Source: Eubacteriales bacterium
GTDB lineage: Bacteria; Bacillota; Clostridia; Oscillospirales; CAG-382
Assembly (NCBI GenBank): GCA_045636665.1
Contig: JAZTXY010000085.1
Coordinates: 1-33,423 of the forward strand
DNA: 33,423 nucleotides
Direction of reading: 5' to 3'
Shown: one piece after another, positions 17,750 to 27,616 of the stretch
Position numbering within the stretch: the first letter of the stretch is position 1
Layout of the letters: each line of letters begins with the position of its first letter
Notes under the pieces: model-generated
Told to the model about the DNA's origin: nothing
What the model saw: the letters and a program-made list of their open reading frames with translations, nothing else
The model's database searches: none
Made by a program: the position numbers and the translations under genes

Positions 17750-17778
17750 TTGATAATATGAATTTTTGGTGATATAAT
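17750..17778 (+). promoter_or_regulatory. sigma-A promoter for nfnAB
   Basis: TTGATA, 17 bp, TATAAT preceded by TGa. Confidence 0.75.
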
Positions 17779-17819
17779 TAATTGGAATAATTTCGATTTC
17801 AAGAAATCAGGTGTTAATA

Positions 17820-18665
17820 ATGTTTAAAATAGTTTCTAAAGAATCATTAAATCCCACCGTTTCGAAGATGGTGATTTCAGCACCCGCTATCGCAAAAAAA
17901 GCAGAACCGGGTCAGTTTATTATCCTTCGTGTCGATGAAGACGGCGAAAGAATCCCTCTTACCATTGCCGATTTTGACCGCGAAAACGGAACCGTTACCA
18001 TTATCTATCAAATCGTCGGCGGTACCACCAAGGCGCTTGACGCTAAAAAAGAGGGCGAATATATCTGCGATTTCGTAGGACCTCTCGGCAAAGCGACCGA
18101 AACCGACGGTATTAAAAAGGTTGCCGTTATCGGTGGCGGCGTTGGCTGTGCGATCGCGCTTCCCGTTGCAAAGAAGCTTCACGAGCTCGGTGCAGAGGTT
18201 CACTCGGTTGTCGGCTTCCGCAGTAAGGATCTCGTTATTCTTCAAGACGAATTTACCGAATACAGCGATAAATATATCATCATGACCGATGACGGCTCTA
18301 TCGGCGAAAAGGGACTCGTTACCGACGCGCTTAAGAAGCTCATCGAAAGCGGCGAAAAATATGACGAGGTCATCGCAATCGGTCCGCTTATTATGATGAA
18401 GTTCGTTTGCAAGCTCACCAAGGAATACGGCATCAAAACCACCGTCAGCATGAACCCCATTATGATCGACGGCACGGGTATGTGCGGCGGCTGCCGTCTT
18501 ACCGTTGGCGGCAAGGTGAAGTTTGCCTGCGTTGACGGCCCCGATTTCGACGGACACGAGGTCGATTTCGACGAGGCAATGGACCGCGGCACGATGTACC
18601 GCGAATTCGAGCGTCACAGCTATGAAGAAACCTGTAATCTTTTGAATAAATCGGTCAATGCCTAA
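17820..18665 (+). CDS. nfnA: Electron-bifurcating transhydrogenase small subunit NfnA (SudB-like)
   Basis: PGQFIILR..GERIPLTIAD, GPLG, GGGVG and DGTGMCGGCR...CVDGP.F [2Fe-2S] motifs. Confidence 0.88.
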   Translation: MFKIVSKESLNPTVSKMVISAPAIAKKAEPGQFIILRVDEDGERIPLTIADFDRENGTVTIIYQIVGGTTKALDAKKEGEYICDFVGPLGKATETDGIKKVAVIGGGVGCAIALPVAKKLHELGAEVHSVVGFRSKDLVILQDEFTEYSDKYIIMTDDGSIGEKGLVTDALKKLIESGEKYDEVIAIGPLIMMKFVCKLTKEYGIKTTVSMNPIMIDGTGMCGGCRLTVGGKVKFACVDGPDFDGHEVDFDEAMDRGTMYREFERHSYEETCNLLNKSVNA

Positions 18666-18682
18666 GAAAGGGGAAACGAAAA

Positions 18683-20071
18683 ATGCCTAATATGTCATTG
18701 AAAAAGAACGAAATGCCCCATCAGGCACCCGAGGTTCGCGCGCGCAATTTCAAAGAGGTTGCGCTCGGCTATACCGCAGAGCAGGCAATCGACGAAGCAA
18801 AGCGTTGCCTTAACTGCAAAAACCGTCCCTGCGTTTCGGGCTGTCCCGTAAATATCGCAATTCCCGAATTTATCGCACTCGTTGCCGAGGGCGATTTCGA
18901 GGGCGCATATAACGTAATCACCCGTCAAAGCTCGCTTCCTGCAGTTTGCGGCCGCGTTTGTCCCCAAGAAACTCAGTGCGAAAGCAAATGCGTTCGCGGT
19001 ATCAAGGGCGAACCCGTTGCTATCGGTAGATTGGAACGCTTTGTTGCCGATTGGCACAACGCAAATTGCAACACCCTCCCCGTTGCTCCCGAAAAGAACG
19101 GCCACAAGGTTGCCGTTATCGGCTCGGGCCCCTCGGGCTTGGCTTGTGCAGGCGATTTGGCGAAAAAGGGTTATTCGGTAACCGTTTTCGAAGCGCTTCA
19201 CGTTGCAGGCGGCGTTCTTGTTTACGGTATTCCCGAATTCCGTCTTCCCAAGGCAATCGTTGCAAAGGAAATCGAAACGCTTAAAGCATTGGGCGTTGAA
19301 ATAAAAACCAACTACGTCGTAGGAAAAACCGTTTCTATCGACGAGCTTATGCAAGAGGAGGGCTTCGAGGCGGTATTTATCGGCTCGGGCGCAGGTCTTC
19401 CCAGATTTATGGGTATCGAGGGCGAAAACCTCAAGGGCGTTTATTCTGCAAACGAATTTTTGACCCGTATCAACCTTATGAAGGCTTATAAGGAAGACAG
19501 CAAAACCCCCATCTTCCGCGCAAAGCGTGTTGCAGTCTGCGGCGGCGGTAACGTTGCAATGGACGCGGCAAGAAGCGCACTCCGTTTGGGCGCAGACGAG
19601 GTTTATATCGTCTACCGCCGCGGTGAAAGCGAGCTTCCCGCGCGTGCAGAGGAAGTCGAACACGCAAAGGAAGAGGGCGTAATATTCAAGCTTTTGACCA
19701 ACCCCGTAAAGATCATCAAGGGCGAAAACGGAATGGTCGGCGGTATGGAATGCGTCGAAATGACTCTCGGCGAGCCCGATGCATCGGGCAGAAGAAGACC
19801 CGTTGTCAAAGAGGGAAGCGAATTTGTGCTTGACGTTGATTGCGTAATTATGGCAATCGGCACCTCGCCCAATCCGCTTATCAAATCGACGACCGACGGT
19901 CTTGATACCGAAAAATGGGGCGGCATTATTGCCGACGAAAACGGTCTTACCTCGCGCGCAAACGTTTATGCAGGCGGCGATGCCGTCACGGGCGCGGCAA
20001 CCGTTATTCTCGCAATGGGCGCAGGCAAAACCGCCGCAAGCGCAATTGACGAGCAGTTGAAAAACAAATAA
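18683..20071 (+). CDS. nfnB: Electron-bifurcating transhydrogenase large subunit NfnB (GltD/SudA-like)
   Basis: EAKRCLNC...CVSGCP, CGRVCPQETQCE..C, GSGPSG, YGIPEFRLP, GGGNVAMD and AGGD motifs; paired with nfnA. Confidence 0.88.
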   Translation: MPNMSLKKNEMPHQAPEVRARNFKEVALGYTAEQAIDEAKRCLNCKNRPCVSGCPVNIAIPEFIALVAEGDFEGAYNVITRQSSLPAVCGRVCPQETQCESKCVRGIKGEPVAIGRLERFVADWHNANCNTLPVAPEKNGHKVAVIGSGPSGLACAGDLAKKGYSVTVFEALHVAGGVLVYGIPEFRLPKAIVAKEIETLKALGVEIKTNYVVGKTVSIDELMQEEGFEAVFIGSGAGLPRFMGIEGENLKGVYSANEFLTRINLMKAYKEDSKTPIFRAKRVAVCGGGNVAMDAARSALRLGADEVYIVYRRGESELPARAEEVEHAKEEGVIFKLLTNPVKIIKGENGMVGGMECVEMTLGEPDASGRRRPVVKEGSEFVLDVDCVIMAIGTSPNPLIKSTTDGLDTEKWGGIIADENGLTSRANVYAGGDAVTGAATVILAMGAGKTAASAIDEQLKNK

Positions 20072-20116
20072 AAAACAAATAAAAATTAAAAAGCAGAGCG
20101 TGAAAAGCGGTTTGCT

Positions 20117-20372
20117 CAGACCGAAGACAAATGGGACATTTACGTCCTTGAAAGAAAATAATAATAATAATACAAAAAGATCACTTTCGAAACAAACGGA
20201 AGTGATCTTTGATTTTATCTAAGGAATTAAAAAATATTGTATTTTCAAGGACATTTGAAGAAAAACTTCGACTGTCTTACATTTGTAAGCCGACGCTCGT
20301 AATTGGAACCCCAAAAACACGAGCGTTTTTGGGGGACCCCGCTTCAAAACTGTCCTCATTTCTCTCAGTCTG
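20117..20372. mobile_element. Putative MITE-like non-autonomous element with imperfect terminal and nested inverted repeats
   Basis: Ends CAGACCGAAGACAAATGGGACA and TGTCCTCATTTCTCTCAGTCTG; inner GTCCTTGAAA/TTTCAAGGAC and AAAGATCACTTTCG/CGGAAGTGATCTTT. Confidence 0.4.
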
Positions 20373-20382
20373 TTTTTTACTC

Positions 20383-20411
20383 TTTACAAAACAGAAAAAA
20401 TGTGTTATTAT
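20383..20411 (+). promoter_or_regulatory. sigma-A promoter for nrdR
   Basis: TTTACA, 17 bp, TATTAT preceded by TGt. Confidence 0.65.
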
Positions 20412-20448
20412 ATTTAAGAGAATATCGAAAAAACAGGAGAAACGAATT

Positions 20449-20904
20449 ATGAAATGCCCTTCCTGCGGACACCTTGAAGACAAGGTTATCGATTCGCGCC
20501 CCTCTTCCGACGGAAGCTCGATACGTCGCCGCCGCGAGTGCTTGGGATGTCAAAGACGATTCACCACCTATGAAAATATCGAAACTTTGCCCCTTATCGT
20601 AATTAAAAAGGACCTCTCGCGCGAAACGTTTGACCGCAACAAGATCCTTAATTCGATAATCCGCGCCTGCGATAAGCGTCAGGTAACGCTTTCGCAAATG
20701 GACGAAGCGGTCAGCGAAATCGAAATCACACTTCAAAACACCCTCCAGAACGAAATAACCTCCGACCGTATCGGCGAATTGGTTATGGACAAGCTTAAGG
20801 GTCTTGACGAGGTCGCATATATCCGCTTTGCATCGGTATATCGCCAATTCAAGGATATCGGCGCATTTATGGCAGAGCTTCAAAAGCTCCTTGCCGAAAA
20901 ATAA
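20449..20904 (+). CDS. nrdR: Transcriptional repressor NrdR
   Basis: MKCPSC..KVIDSR...IRRRREC..C..RFTTYE, ATP-cone region, [20 protein letters not shown]. Confidence 0.97.
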   Translation: MKCPSCGHLEDKVIDSRPSSDGSSIRRRRECLGCQRRFTTYENIETLPLIVIKKDLSRETFDRNKILNSIIRACDKRQVTLSQMDEAVSEIEITLQNTLQNEITSDRIGELVMDKLKGLDEVAYIRFASVYRQFKDIGAFMAELQKLLAEK

Positions 20905-20910
20905 CAAAAC

Positions 20911-20941
20911 AAACCGCTGTCGTTGTGACGGCGGGTTTTTT
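20911..20941 (+). terminator. Intrinsic terminator after nrdR
   Basis: CCGCTGTC-gttgt-GACGGCGG followed by GTTTTTT. Confidence 0.8.
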
Positions 20942-21015
20942 GCAAAAAAATGCAATTTTTCTTGAAATTTCCTGCAAAATATTGCAAAAATATGCTTTAA
21001 TTCGGTATTGCGCTA

Positions 21016-21044
21016 TTGAAATTTGCAAGAAAAAGTAGTATAAT
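21016..21044 (+). promoter_or_regulatory. sigma-A promoter for the symporter-paaK-ior operon
   Basis: TTGAAA, 17 bp, TATAAT. Confidence 0.75.
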
Positions 21045-21108
21045 AACTGAATATTAATATGGGTTAATATGATTATTGCATTCAAGCAGTATCCTCGAGG
21101 CAGACAAA

Positions 21109-22593
21109 ATGACAAAACAGCAAATCCTTTGGATAACAATAGGAATATATTTCGTCTTTATGGCGGCAATCAGTATAATAAGCAGAAAAAAAGCGAAAAA
21201 TATGGGCGATTTTGCCGTTGGCGGCAGAAACGCAGGCGCTTGGATGTCGGCATTTTCTTACGGCACCGCATATTTTTCGGCGGTAATGTTTATCGGCTAT
21301 GCAGGCGGCACCGGTTGGAAATACGGTCTTTGGGGCGTTTTGCCGGGTATCGGAAACGCAATCATCGGCTCGCTTTTTGCTTGGCTGATTCTTGCAAAGC
21401 GTACGCGTAAGGTAACGCGTGAAAAGGGCGTCACCTCGATGCCTCAGCTTTTTGAATCGACTTACGGCTCCCGTGCGATGAAGCTCTTTTCGGCAATCGT
21501 GATATTTATCTTCCTTTTGCCCTATTCGGCATCGGTTTATAAGGGACTTACAAGCGTCTGCTCGGTATTGCTCGAAATTGACGAGCTGACCTGTATGATA
21601 ATCATCGCGGCGGTCAGCGCAATTTTGGTTGTTGCGGGCGGTTATCTTGCGGCATTGCGTGCCGATTTCGTTCAGGGCGCGGTTATGCTTGTCGGCGTGT
21701 TTGCGCTTATCTTTGCGGTGTTTAACAGCGACCGTGTCGGCGGACTTACCGACGGGTTCAAAAACATCGCCGAAAAAACGGGCGATTTGGGGCTTGACGG
21801 CTTTGCTCATATCGGACTTTGGGCAACTGTGCTTATGACCTCGTTCGGCACTTGGGGCTTGCCTCAGATGATACATAAATATTACGGCATCCGCGACGAT
21901 AAAGAGGTTAAACGCGGCACCGTTATCTCGACCGTTTTTGCGCTTGTCGTTGCAGGCGGCGGTTATCTTATCGGCTCGCTTTCACATTTGTTCTTTAACG
22001 AGCTTCCCGAAGGCGGCACCGATTATTTAGTCCCGAATATGCTTATCGAATCGGGCATTTCCGACGTTTTGGTCGGCATCGTGCTTGTCCTTCTTATCGC
22101 GGCAAGCGTTTCGACTCTTTCTTCAATCACCATCACTGCATCTACAACCTTTACGATGGATATAGTAAAGGATAGAATTTTAAAGAACAAAACCAAGGAT
22201 ATTTCTCTGCTTACAAAAATCGTTTGCGTTTTGTTCGTATCCCTTTCCTTCCTCATCGCTTGGAAGGGCGAGGGCACCCCTATACTCGATATGATGAGCT
22301 ATTCTTGGGGAATAATTTCGGGCAGCTTCCTTGCGCCCTATGCAATCGCACTGTTTTACAAAAAGGTTACGAAGGCAGGCGCTTGGGCAGGTATTTTGGG
22401 CGGCTTTGCGTTGGCATTGCCTCCGCTTGTCGCAAAATTGATCGGAAGCGATATCGCCCTTGGCGGCTTTGGCAAGCTTTGCGATATGGGCGCGCATTTT
22501 GCGTGTCTTGCAATGGCGGCTTCGGCTCTGCTCGTGCTGACCGTAAGCGCGTTTACTTATAAAGAAGAAAAACTCCCCAAAGGAGAAATATAA
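21109..22593 (+). CDS. Sodium:solute symporter (SSS) family protein
   Basis: F.VGGR, A.S...AYFSAV.FIG.AG, WGLPQM and AASVST.SS motifs; many hydrophobic segments; likely ATG at 21109. Confidence 0.9.
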   Translation: MTKQQILWITIGIYFVFMAAISIISRKKAKNMGDFAVGGRNAGAWMSAFSYGTAYFSAVMFIGYAGGTGWKYGLWGVLPGIGNAIIGSLFAWLILAKRTRKVTREKGVTSMPQLFESTYGSRAMKLFSAIVIFIFLLPYSASVYKGLTSVCSVLLEIDELTCMIIIAAVSAILVVAGGYLAALRADFVQGAVMLVGVFALIFAVFNSDRVGGLTDGFKNIAEKTGDLGLDGFAHIGLWATVLMTSFGTWGLPQMIHKYYGIRDDKEVKRGTVISTVFALVVAGGGYLIGSLSHLFFNELPEGGTDYLVPNMLIESGISDVLVGIVLVLLIAASVSTLSSITITASTTFTMDIVKDRILKNKTKDISLLTKIVCVLFVSLSFLIAWKGEGTPILDMMSYSWGIISGSFLAPYAIALFYKKVTKAGAWAGILGGFALALPPLVAKLIGSDIALGGFGKLCDMGAHFACLAMAASALLVLTVSAFTYKEEKLPKGEI

Positions 22594-22594
22594 A

Positions 22595-23914
22595 ATGGAA
22601 AACAGAATTTTTAACAAAGAAATCGAGTGTATGCCCCGACGTGAGCTTGAAGCACTCCAATTGGAAAGACTTAAATCGCTTGTCGATTACTGCGAAAGAA
22701 ATTCCGAATTTTATTCCAAGCGCTTGGCAAAGGCAGGCGTTACCGCGGATAAAATAAAATCGCTTTCGGATATTCAATATATCCCCTATACCACAAAGGA
22801 TGACCTGCGCGATACCTATCCCTTCGGTATGATTTCGGTGCCGATGGAAAAAATCGTTCGTGTACACGCCTCGTCGGGTACAACGGGCAACCCCACCGTT
22901 GTTGCTTACACCCGTGAGGATATGGAAAACTGGTCGGAGCAGGTAGCTCGTCTTGCGGTTGCCGCAGGCGCCGATGCAGGCACTATCGTTCAGATATGCT
23001 TCGGCTACGGTATGTTTACGGGCGCGCTCGGCTTGCACTACGGTCTTGAAAAGATCGGCGCGGTCGTAGTTCCCACCTCCTCGGGCAACACCGAAAAGCA
23101 GCTTAAATTTATGCGCGATTTCGGCACCACCGCAATCGTTGCAACCCCCTCTTATTGTATGTATCTCGCCGAAGCGGCAAGAGGTATGTCGGATAAATAT
23201 CCGATGGATATGTATAAGCTCAAATACGGTATTTTGGGCAGCGAGGGCAGTACCCCCGAAATGCGCGCAGAGATTGAAAAGCATTGGGGAAGCGGCATTT
23301 TCTGTACCGATAACTACGGTATGTCCGAGCTTAACGGCCCCGGCATGTCGGGCGAATGTATGTATCGCGACGGCTTGCATATCAACGAGGACCATTTCCT
23401 TTGCGAAACTATCGATTCGGCAAGCGGAAACGTGCTCGACAAGGGCGAAACGGGCGAGCTTGTCGTTACAAACCTCACAAAACGCGGTCTTCCCATGCTC
23501 CGTTACAGAACGAAGGATATTACCAACATAAATTACGAGCCCTGCAAGTGCGGAAGAACAAGCGCAAGAATGCATAAGATCATCGGCAGAAGCGACGATA
23601 TGATAAAGGTACGCGGCGTTAACGTGTTCCCGTCGCAGGTCGAAAGCGCGCTTATCGGTATGACCGAAATAAGCCCCAACTATTTAATAGTTCTCCGCCG
23701 CGAAAACTATTCCGACACAATGGAGGTTCGCGTCGAGCTTATCGACAGCAGCCTGCTTGACCGTTACGGCGAGCTTGTTGCGCTCCAAAAGAGAATTCAG
23801 GACAATATCAAGAACATTCTCGGCATTGCAATAAAGGTTACGCTTGTTGAACCCAATTCCATCGAACGCTTCACCGGTAAGGCAAAACGCGTTCTTGACC
23901 TCAGAAATCAGTAA
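22595..23914 (+). CDS. paaK: Phenylacetate/aryl-acetate--CoA ligase, paralog 1
   Basis: T.KDDLRD.YPFG, HASSGTTG.P, GYGMFTGALG, YGMSE..GPG, RYRT.D and GRSDDM..VRGVNVFPSQ motifs. Confidence 0.92.
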   Translation: MENRIFNKEIECMPRRELEALQLERLKSLVDYCERNSEFYSKRLAKAGVTADKIKSLSDIQYIPYTTKDDLRDTYPFGMISVPMEKIVRVHASSGTTGNPTVVAYTREDMENWSEQVARLAVAAGADAGTIVQICFGYGMFTGALGLHYGLEKIGAVVVPTSSGNTEKQLKFMRDFGTTAIVATPSYCMYLAEAARGMSDKYPMDMYKLKYGILGSEGSTPEMRAEIEKHWGSGIFCTDNYGMSELNGPGMSGECMYRDGLHINEDHFLCETIDSASGNVLDKGETGELVVTNLTKRGLPMLRYRTKDITNINYEPCKCGRTSARMHKIIGRSDDMIKVRGVNVFPSQVESALIGMTEISPNYLIVLRRENYSDTMEVRVELIDSSLLDRYGELVALQKRIQDNIKNILGIAIKVTLVEPNSIERFTGKAKRVLDLRNQ

Positions 23915-23927
23915 AGGAATAACAGAT

Positions 23928-25691
23928 ATGGAAAAGAAACTTCTTTTAGGCAACGAAGCGGTTGCACGCGGTCTTTTCGAGGCAGGTGTGCGCGTCGTTT
24001 CCTCCTACCCCGGAACTCCCAGCACAGAAATTACCGAAGCGGTAAGCAAATACGAAGAAATTTATTCCGAATGGGCGCCTAACGAAAAGGTGGCGTTTGA
24101 GGTTGCTATCGGCGCATCGTTCGGCGGTGCAAGGTCGTTTTGCGCGATGAAGCACGTCGGCTTGAACGTTGCGGCAGACCCTCTTTACACCGCATCCTAT
24201 ATCGGCGTTAACGGCGGTATGGTTTGCGCGGTTGCCGATGACCCCGGAATGCACTCGTCGCAAAACGAGCAGGATTCCCGCCGTCACGCAATCGCGGCGA
24301 AGGTTCCCATGCTCGAACCGTCGGACAGCCAAGAAGCGCTTGATTTCACAAAAATCGCTTACGACCTCTCCGAAAGATTCGATGCTCCCTTCCTCCTTCG
24401 TCTTTCAACAAGAATTTCCCACTCGCGCTCGCTTGTAACGCTTTCCGACCGTAACGAGGTCGGCGTACGCGAATATAAGCGCGACGTTATGAAAAACGTA
24501 ATGATGCCCGCAATGGCTCGCAAGGCTCACGAAAAGGTGGAAGCGCGCAACGCTTCTCTTACCGAATGGGCAGATACCGAGGCGTTTGAGCTCGGCGTTA
24601 ACCGTTTAGAGCTCTTTTCCGATGAAATCGGCGTTATCGCGGCAGGCAGCACCTATGCTTACGCACGCGAAGCGCTCGGCGAAAAGGCAAGCTATTTAAA
24701 GCTCGGTATCGTTAATCCGCTTCCCGAAAAAGCGATTATCGAATTTGCGAAAAAGGTTAAAACCCTTTACGTTATCGAGGAGCTTGACGATATTATCGAA
24801 ACCCATTGCATAAAATTGGGTGTAAAGGTTATCGGCCGCGAGGTATTTCCTCCTCTCGGCGAATATAATCAGGCAATTATCGCAAAGGCAATCCTTAACA
24901 AGGAAAACGAATTTAATTCCGTCGATTGCGAGGTTCCCGCGCGTCCTCCCGTGCTTTGTCCCGGCTGTCCTCACAGAGGTCTTTACTACGCACTTAAGAG
25001 CCTTAACCTTTATGTAAGCGGCGATATCGGATGCTATACCCTCGGCGCGCAAGCACCTCTTTCGATGATGGACACCTGCGTTTGTATGGGCGCATCGGTT
25101 TCGGCGCTTCACGGCTATAACACCGCGCGCGGAAGCGAAGCGGCAAAGAAATCGATTGCGGTTATCGGCGACTCGACCTTTATCCACTCGGGTATCACCG
25201 GTCTTATCGACATCGTTTACAACAAGGGCATCTCGACCGTTATCGTGCTCGATAACTCGATAACAGGTATGACCGGCCACCAAAACAATCCGCTTAACGG
25301 CAAGACCATTAAGGGCGACCCCACAACCGCGGTTGACCTTGAAGCGCTTGCAAAGGCAATCGGCATCAACCGTGTCCGCGTTGTCGACCCGTTTGATATT
25401 AAGGGTACAAAGGCAACCGTCGAAGAAGAATTGCAGGCAAGCGAGCCCTCGCTCGTTATTTCGAGAAGACCCTGCGCGCTTCTTAAGAGCGTTAAGCACG
25501 AGCCTGCGCTTGTAGTTGACCAATCGAAGTGTGTCGGATGCAAGGCGTGTCTTAAGGTCGGCTGTCCCGCAATTTCTCAGAAAAAGCAAGAAAACGGCAA
25601 AACCAAGGCATTTATCGACCCCAATCAATGCTTGGGCTGCGGTGTTTGTATTGAAACCTGCCGTCTTGATGCTATAGTTAAAAATAATTAA
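23928..25691 (+). CDS. iorA: Indolepyruvate:ferredoxin oxidoreductase alpha subunit
   Basis: GNEAVARG, YPGTPSTEI, MKHVGLNVA.D, HSSQNEQDSR, CPGCPHR and GDIGCY motifs; C-terminal ferredoxin Cys motifs; ATG at 23928. Confidence 0.95.
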   Translation: MEKKLLLGNEAVARGLFEAGVRVVSSYPGTPSTEITEAVSKYEEIYSEWAPNEKVAFEVAIGASFGGARSFCAMKHVGLNVAADPLYTASYIGVNGGMVCAVADDPGMHSSQNEQDSRRHAIAAKVPMLEPSDSQEALDFTKIAYDLSERFDAPFLLRLSTRISHSRSLVTLSDRNEVGVREYKRDVMKNVMMPAMARKAHEKVEARNASLTEWADTEAFELGVNRLELFSDEIGVIAAGSTYAYAREALGEKASYLKLGIVNPLPEKAIIEFAKKVKTLYVIEELDDIIETHCIKLGVKVIGREVFPPLGEYNQAIIAKAILNKENEFNSVDCEVPARPPVLCPGCPHRGLYYALKSLNLYVSGDIGCYTLGAQAPLSMMDTCVCMGASVSALHGYNTARGSEAAKKSIAVIGDSTFIHSGITGLIDIVYNKGISTVIVLDNSITGMTGHQNNPLNGKTIKGDPTTAVDLEALAKAIGINRVRVVDPFDIKGTKATVEEELQASEPSLVISRRPCALLKSVKHEPALVVDQSKCVGCKACLKVGCPAISQKKQENGKTKAFIDPNQCLGCGVCIETCRLDAIVKNN

Positions 25692-25706
25692 GGAGGCGGA
25701 ACGAAA

Positions 25707-26279
25707 ATGAATTCAATAAACATTCTCATCGTCGGCGTTGGCGGACAGGGAACACTTCTTGCCTCGAAGCTTATGGGCAAAATATTCATCGACAAGGGCT
25801 ATGACGTAAAGGTCAGCGAGGTTCACGGTATGAGCCAACGCGGCGGCAGTGTCGTTACATACGTACGCGCAGGCGAAAAGGTATTTTCTCCCGTTATCGA
25901 AAAGGGCGAAGCCGACGTTATGATTTCGTTTGAAGCGCTTGAAAGCGCACGTTGGTTGCCTTATCTTAAAAAGGACGGCGTTGTTATCTCCAACACCGCG
26001 CAAATCGATCCTATGCCCGTAATTATGGGCAATGCCGAATATCCCGAAAATCCGATAGGACATATCCAAAATTCGGGTGTAAGGGTTGTTTCGGCGGATG
26101 CGCTCGCTCTTGCCGAAAAGGCAGGAAGCGCAAAATCGGTAAATATCGTGCTTTTGGGCATCGCCGCAAAGCAGTTGGGCATTGAAAAAGAGGAATGCCT
26201 TGATGCTATCCGTGCGACAGTACCGCAAAAGACAATCGAAATTAACGAAAAAGCATTTGAATTGGGATATAATCTCTAA
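25707..26279 (+). CDS. iorB: Indolepyruvate:ferredoxin oxidoreductase beta subunit
   Basis: GVGGQG..LAS, SEVHGMSQRGGSV and N.KAFE.G motifs. Confidence 0.95.
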   Translation: MNSINILIVGVGGQGTLLASKLMGKIFIDKGYDVKVSEVHGMSQRGGSVVTYVRAGEKVFSPVIEKGEADVMISFEALESARWLPYLKKDGVVISNTAQIDPMPVIMGNAEYPENPIGHIQNSGVRVVSADALALAEKAGSAKSVNIVLLGIAAKQLGIEKEECLDAIRATVPQKTIEINEKAFELGYNL

Positions 26280-26298
26280 CAGTGGGGAGTGAAAAGCA

Positions 26299-27597
26299 AT
26301 GGGAATCTTCAAGCCGGAGGTAGAATGTGCCTCCCGTGATGAAATGAAGGCGCTCCAAACAGAACGTCTGAAAAAAATGGTAAAAAACGCGTATGAAAAC
26401 GTACCGTTTTACAAACAAAAGCTGGACGAAGCAGGTGTTTCTCCCGACGATATCAATTCGATAGACGATATAACCAAGCTTCCCTTTACGGTGAAAACCG
26501 ACCTGCGTGATAATTATCCCTTCGGACTTTTCGCAGTACCCAACAGCGAAATCGTGCGTGTACACGCTTCATCGGGTACAACGGGCAAGCAAACGGTTGT
26601 CGGTTACACCAAGAACGATATAAACGTTTGGTCTGAAAGCGCGGCGCGTGCTATTGTCGCAACCGGCGGAAGCAAGGACGATATAATTCACGTTTCCTAT
26701 GGCTACGGCTTGTTCACGGGCGGCTTGGGACTTCACTACGGCGCCGAATATCTCGGCGCGACCGCAATCCCCGTTTCGACGGGCAACACCGCAAGACAAT
26801 TGCAAATCTTTCAGGATTTCGGCTCGACGGTGCTTTGCTGTACCCCCTCTTACGCAATGTATTTGGGCGAATACAGACGCGACAACAACATTCCGCTTGA
26901 AAACTTAAAGCTTCGCGCAGGCATCTTCGGCGCAGAGCCTTGGACCGACGAAATGCGTAAAAAGATTGAGGAATTGTTGGGTATCGAGGCATACGATATC
27001 TATGGTCTTTCGGAAATTGCAGGCCCCGGTGTTTCGTTTGACTGCGAAGCACATAACGGCTTGCACGTTAACGAGGATTACTTCTATCCCGAAATTATCG
27101 ACCCCGAAACCTTAAAGCCGCTTCCCGACGGACAAATCGGCGAGCTTGTGTTCACCTGCATCGGTAAGGAAGCGCTTCCGCTTATCCGTTACCGCACGCG
27201 TGACCTTTGCTCGATAACGCGTGAAAAATGCGCTTGCGGCAGAACCTTGGTAAGAATGAGCAAGCCGGTGGGACGCAGTGACGATATGCTTATCATTCGC
27301 GGCGTAAACGTGTTCCCCTCGCAAATCGAGCACGTTCTTCTTCAGGAGGGAATGGAGCCGAACTATCTTATCACCGTTGACAGAATCAACAATCTCGACA
27401 CCTTGACGGTAGACGTCGAAATGAATCTCGACACCTTCTCGGATACCGTTAAAGCGCTTGAAAATGCAAAGAAAAAGCTTGAAAACGCTATGCAAAGCAC
27501 GCTGAACGTTCACGCTAACGTGCGTTTTGTGGAATACGGAACGCTTCCCAGAAGCGAAGGCAAGGCAAAGCGTGTTATAGACAACCGCAAGAAATAA
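26299..27597 (+). CDS. paaK: Phenylacetate/aryl-acetate--CoA ligase, paralog 2
   Basis: LRDNYPFG, HASSGTTGK, GYGLFTGGLG, FGAEPW, DIYGLSEI.GPG and GRSDDMLIIRGVNVFPSQ motifs. Confidence 0.93.
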   Translation: MGIFKPEVECASRDEMKALQTERLKKMVKNAYENVPFYKQKLDEAGVSPDDINSIDDITKLPFTVKTDLRDNYPFGLFAVPNSEIVRVHASSGTTGKQTVVGYTKNDINVWSESAARAIVATGGSKDDIIHVSYGYGLFTGGLGLHYGAEYLGATAIPVSTGNTARQLQIFQDFGSTVLCCTPSYAMYLGEYRRDNNIPLENLKLRAGIFGAEPWTDEMRKKIEELLGIEAYDIYGLSEIAGPGVSFDCEAHNGLHVNEDYFYPEIIDPETLKPLPDGQIGELVFTCIGKEALPLIRYRTRDLCSITREKCACGRTLVRMSKPVGRSDDMLIIRGVNVFPSQIEHVLLQEGMEPNYLITVDRINNLDTLTVDVEMNLDTFSDTVKALENAKKKLENAMQSTLNVHANVRFVEYGTLPRSEGKAKRVIDNRKK

Positions 27598-27616
27598 TTA
27601 CGAAAGGACAACAGAT

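Noticed and set aside
17394..17753. 119-aa ORF with an internal repeat (NHKRHT..II...LWKIKK)
   Set aside because: The repeat reflects the duplicated minus-strand promoter DNA; there is no convincing RBS or protein-like composition.
17720..17810. Rex operator expected upstream of nfnAB
   Set aside because: No adequate TTGT(G/T)AA-N4-TT(C/A)ACAA match was found by eye.
18683..20071. Annotation as glutamate synthase small subunit
   Set aside because: No gltB is adjacent, and pairing with an NfnA/SudB-type gene favours NfnAB.
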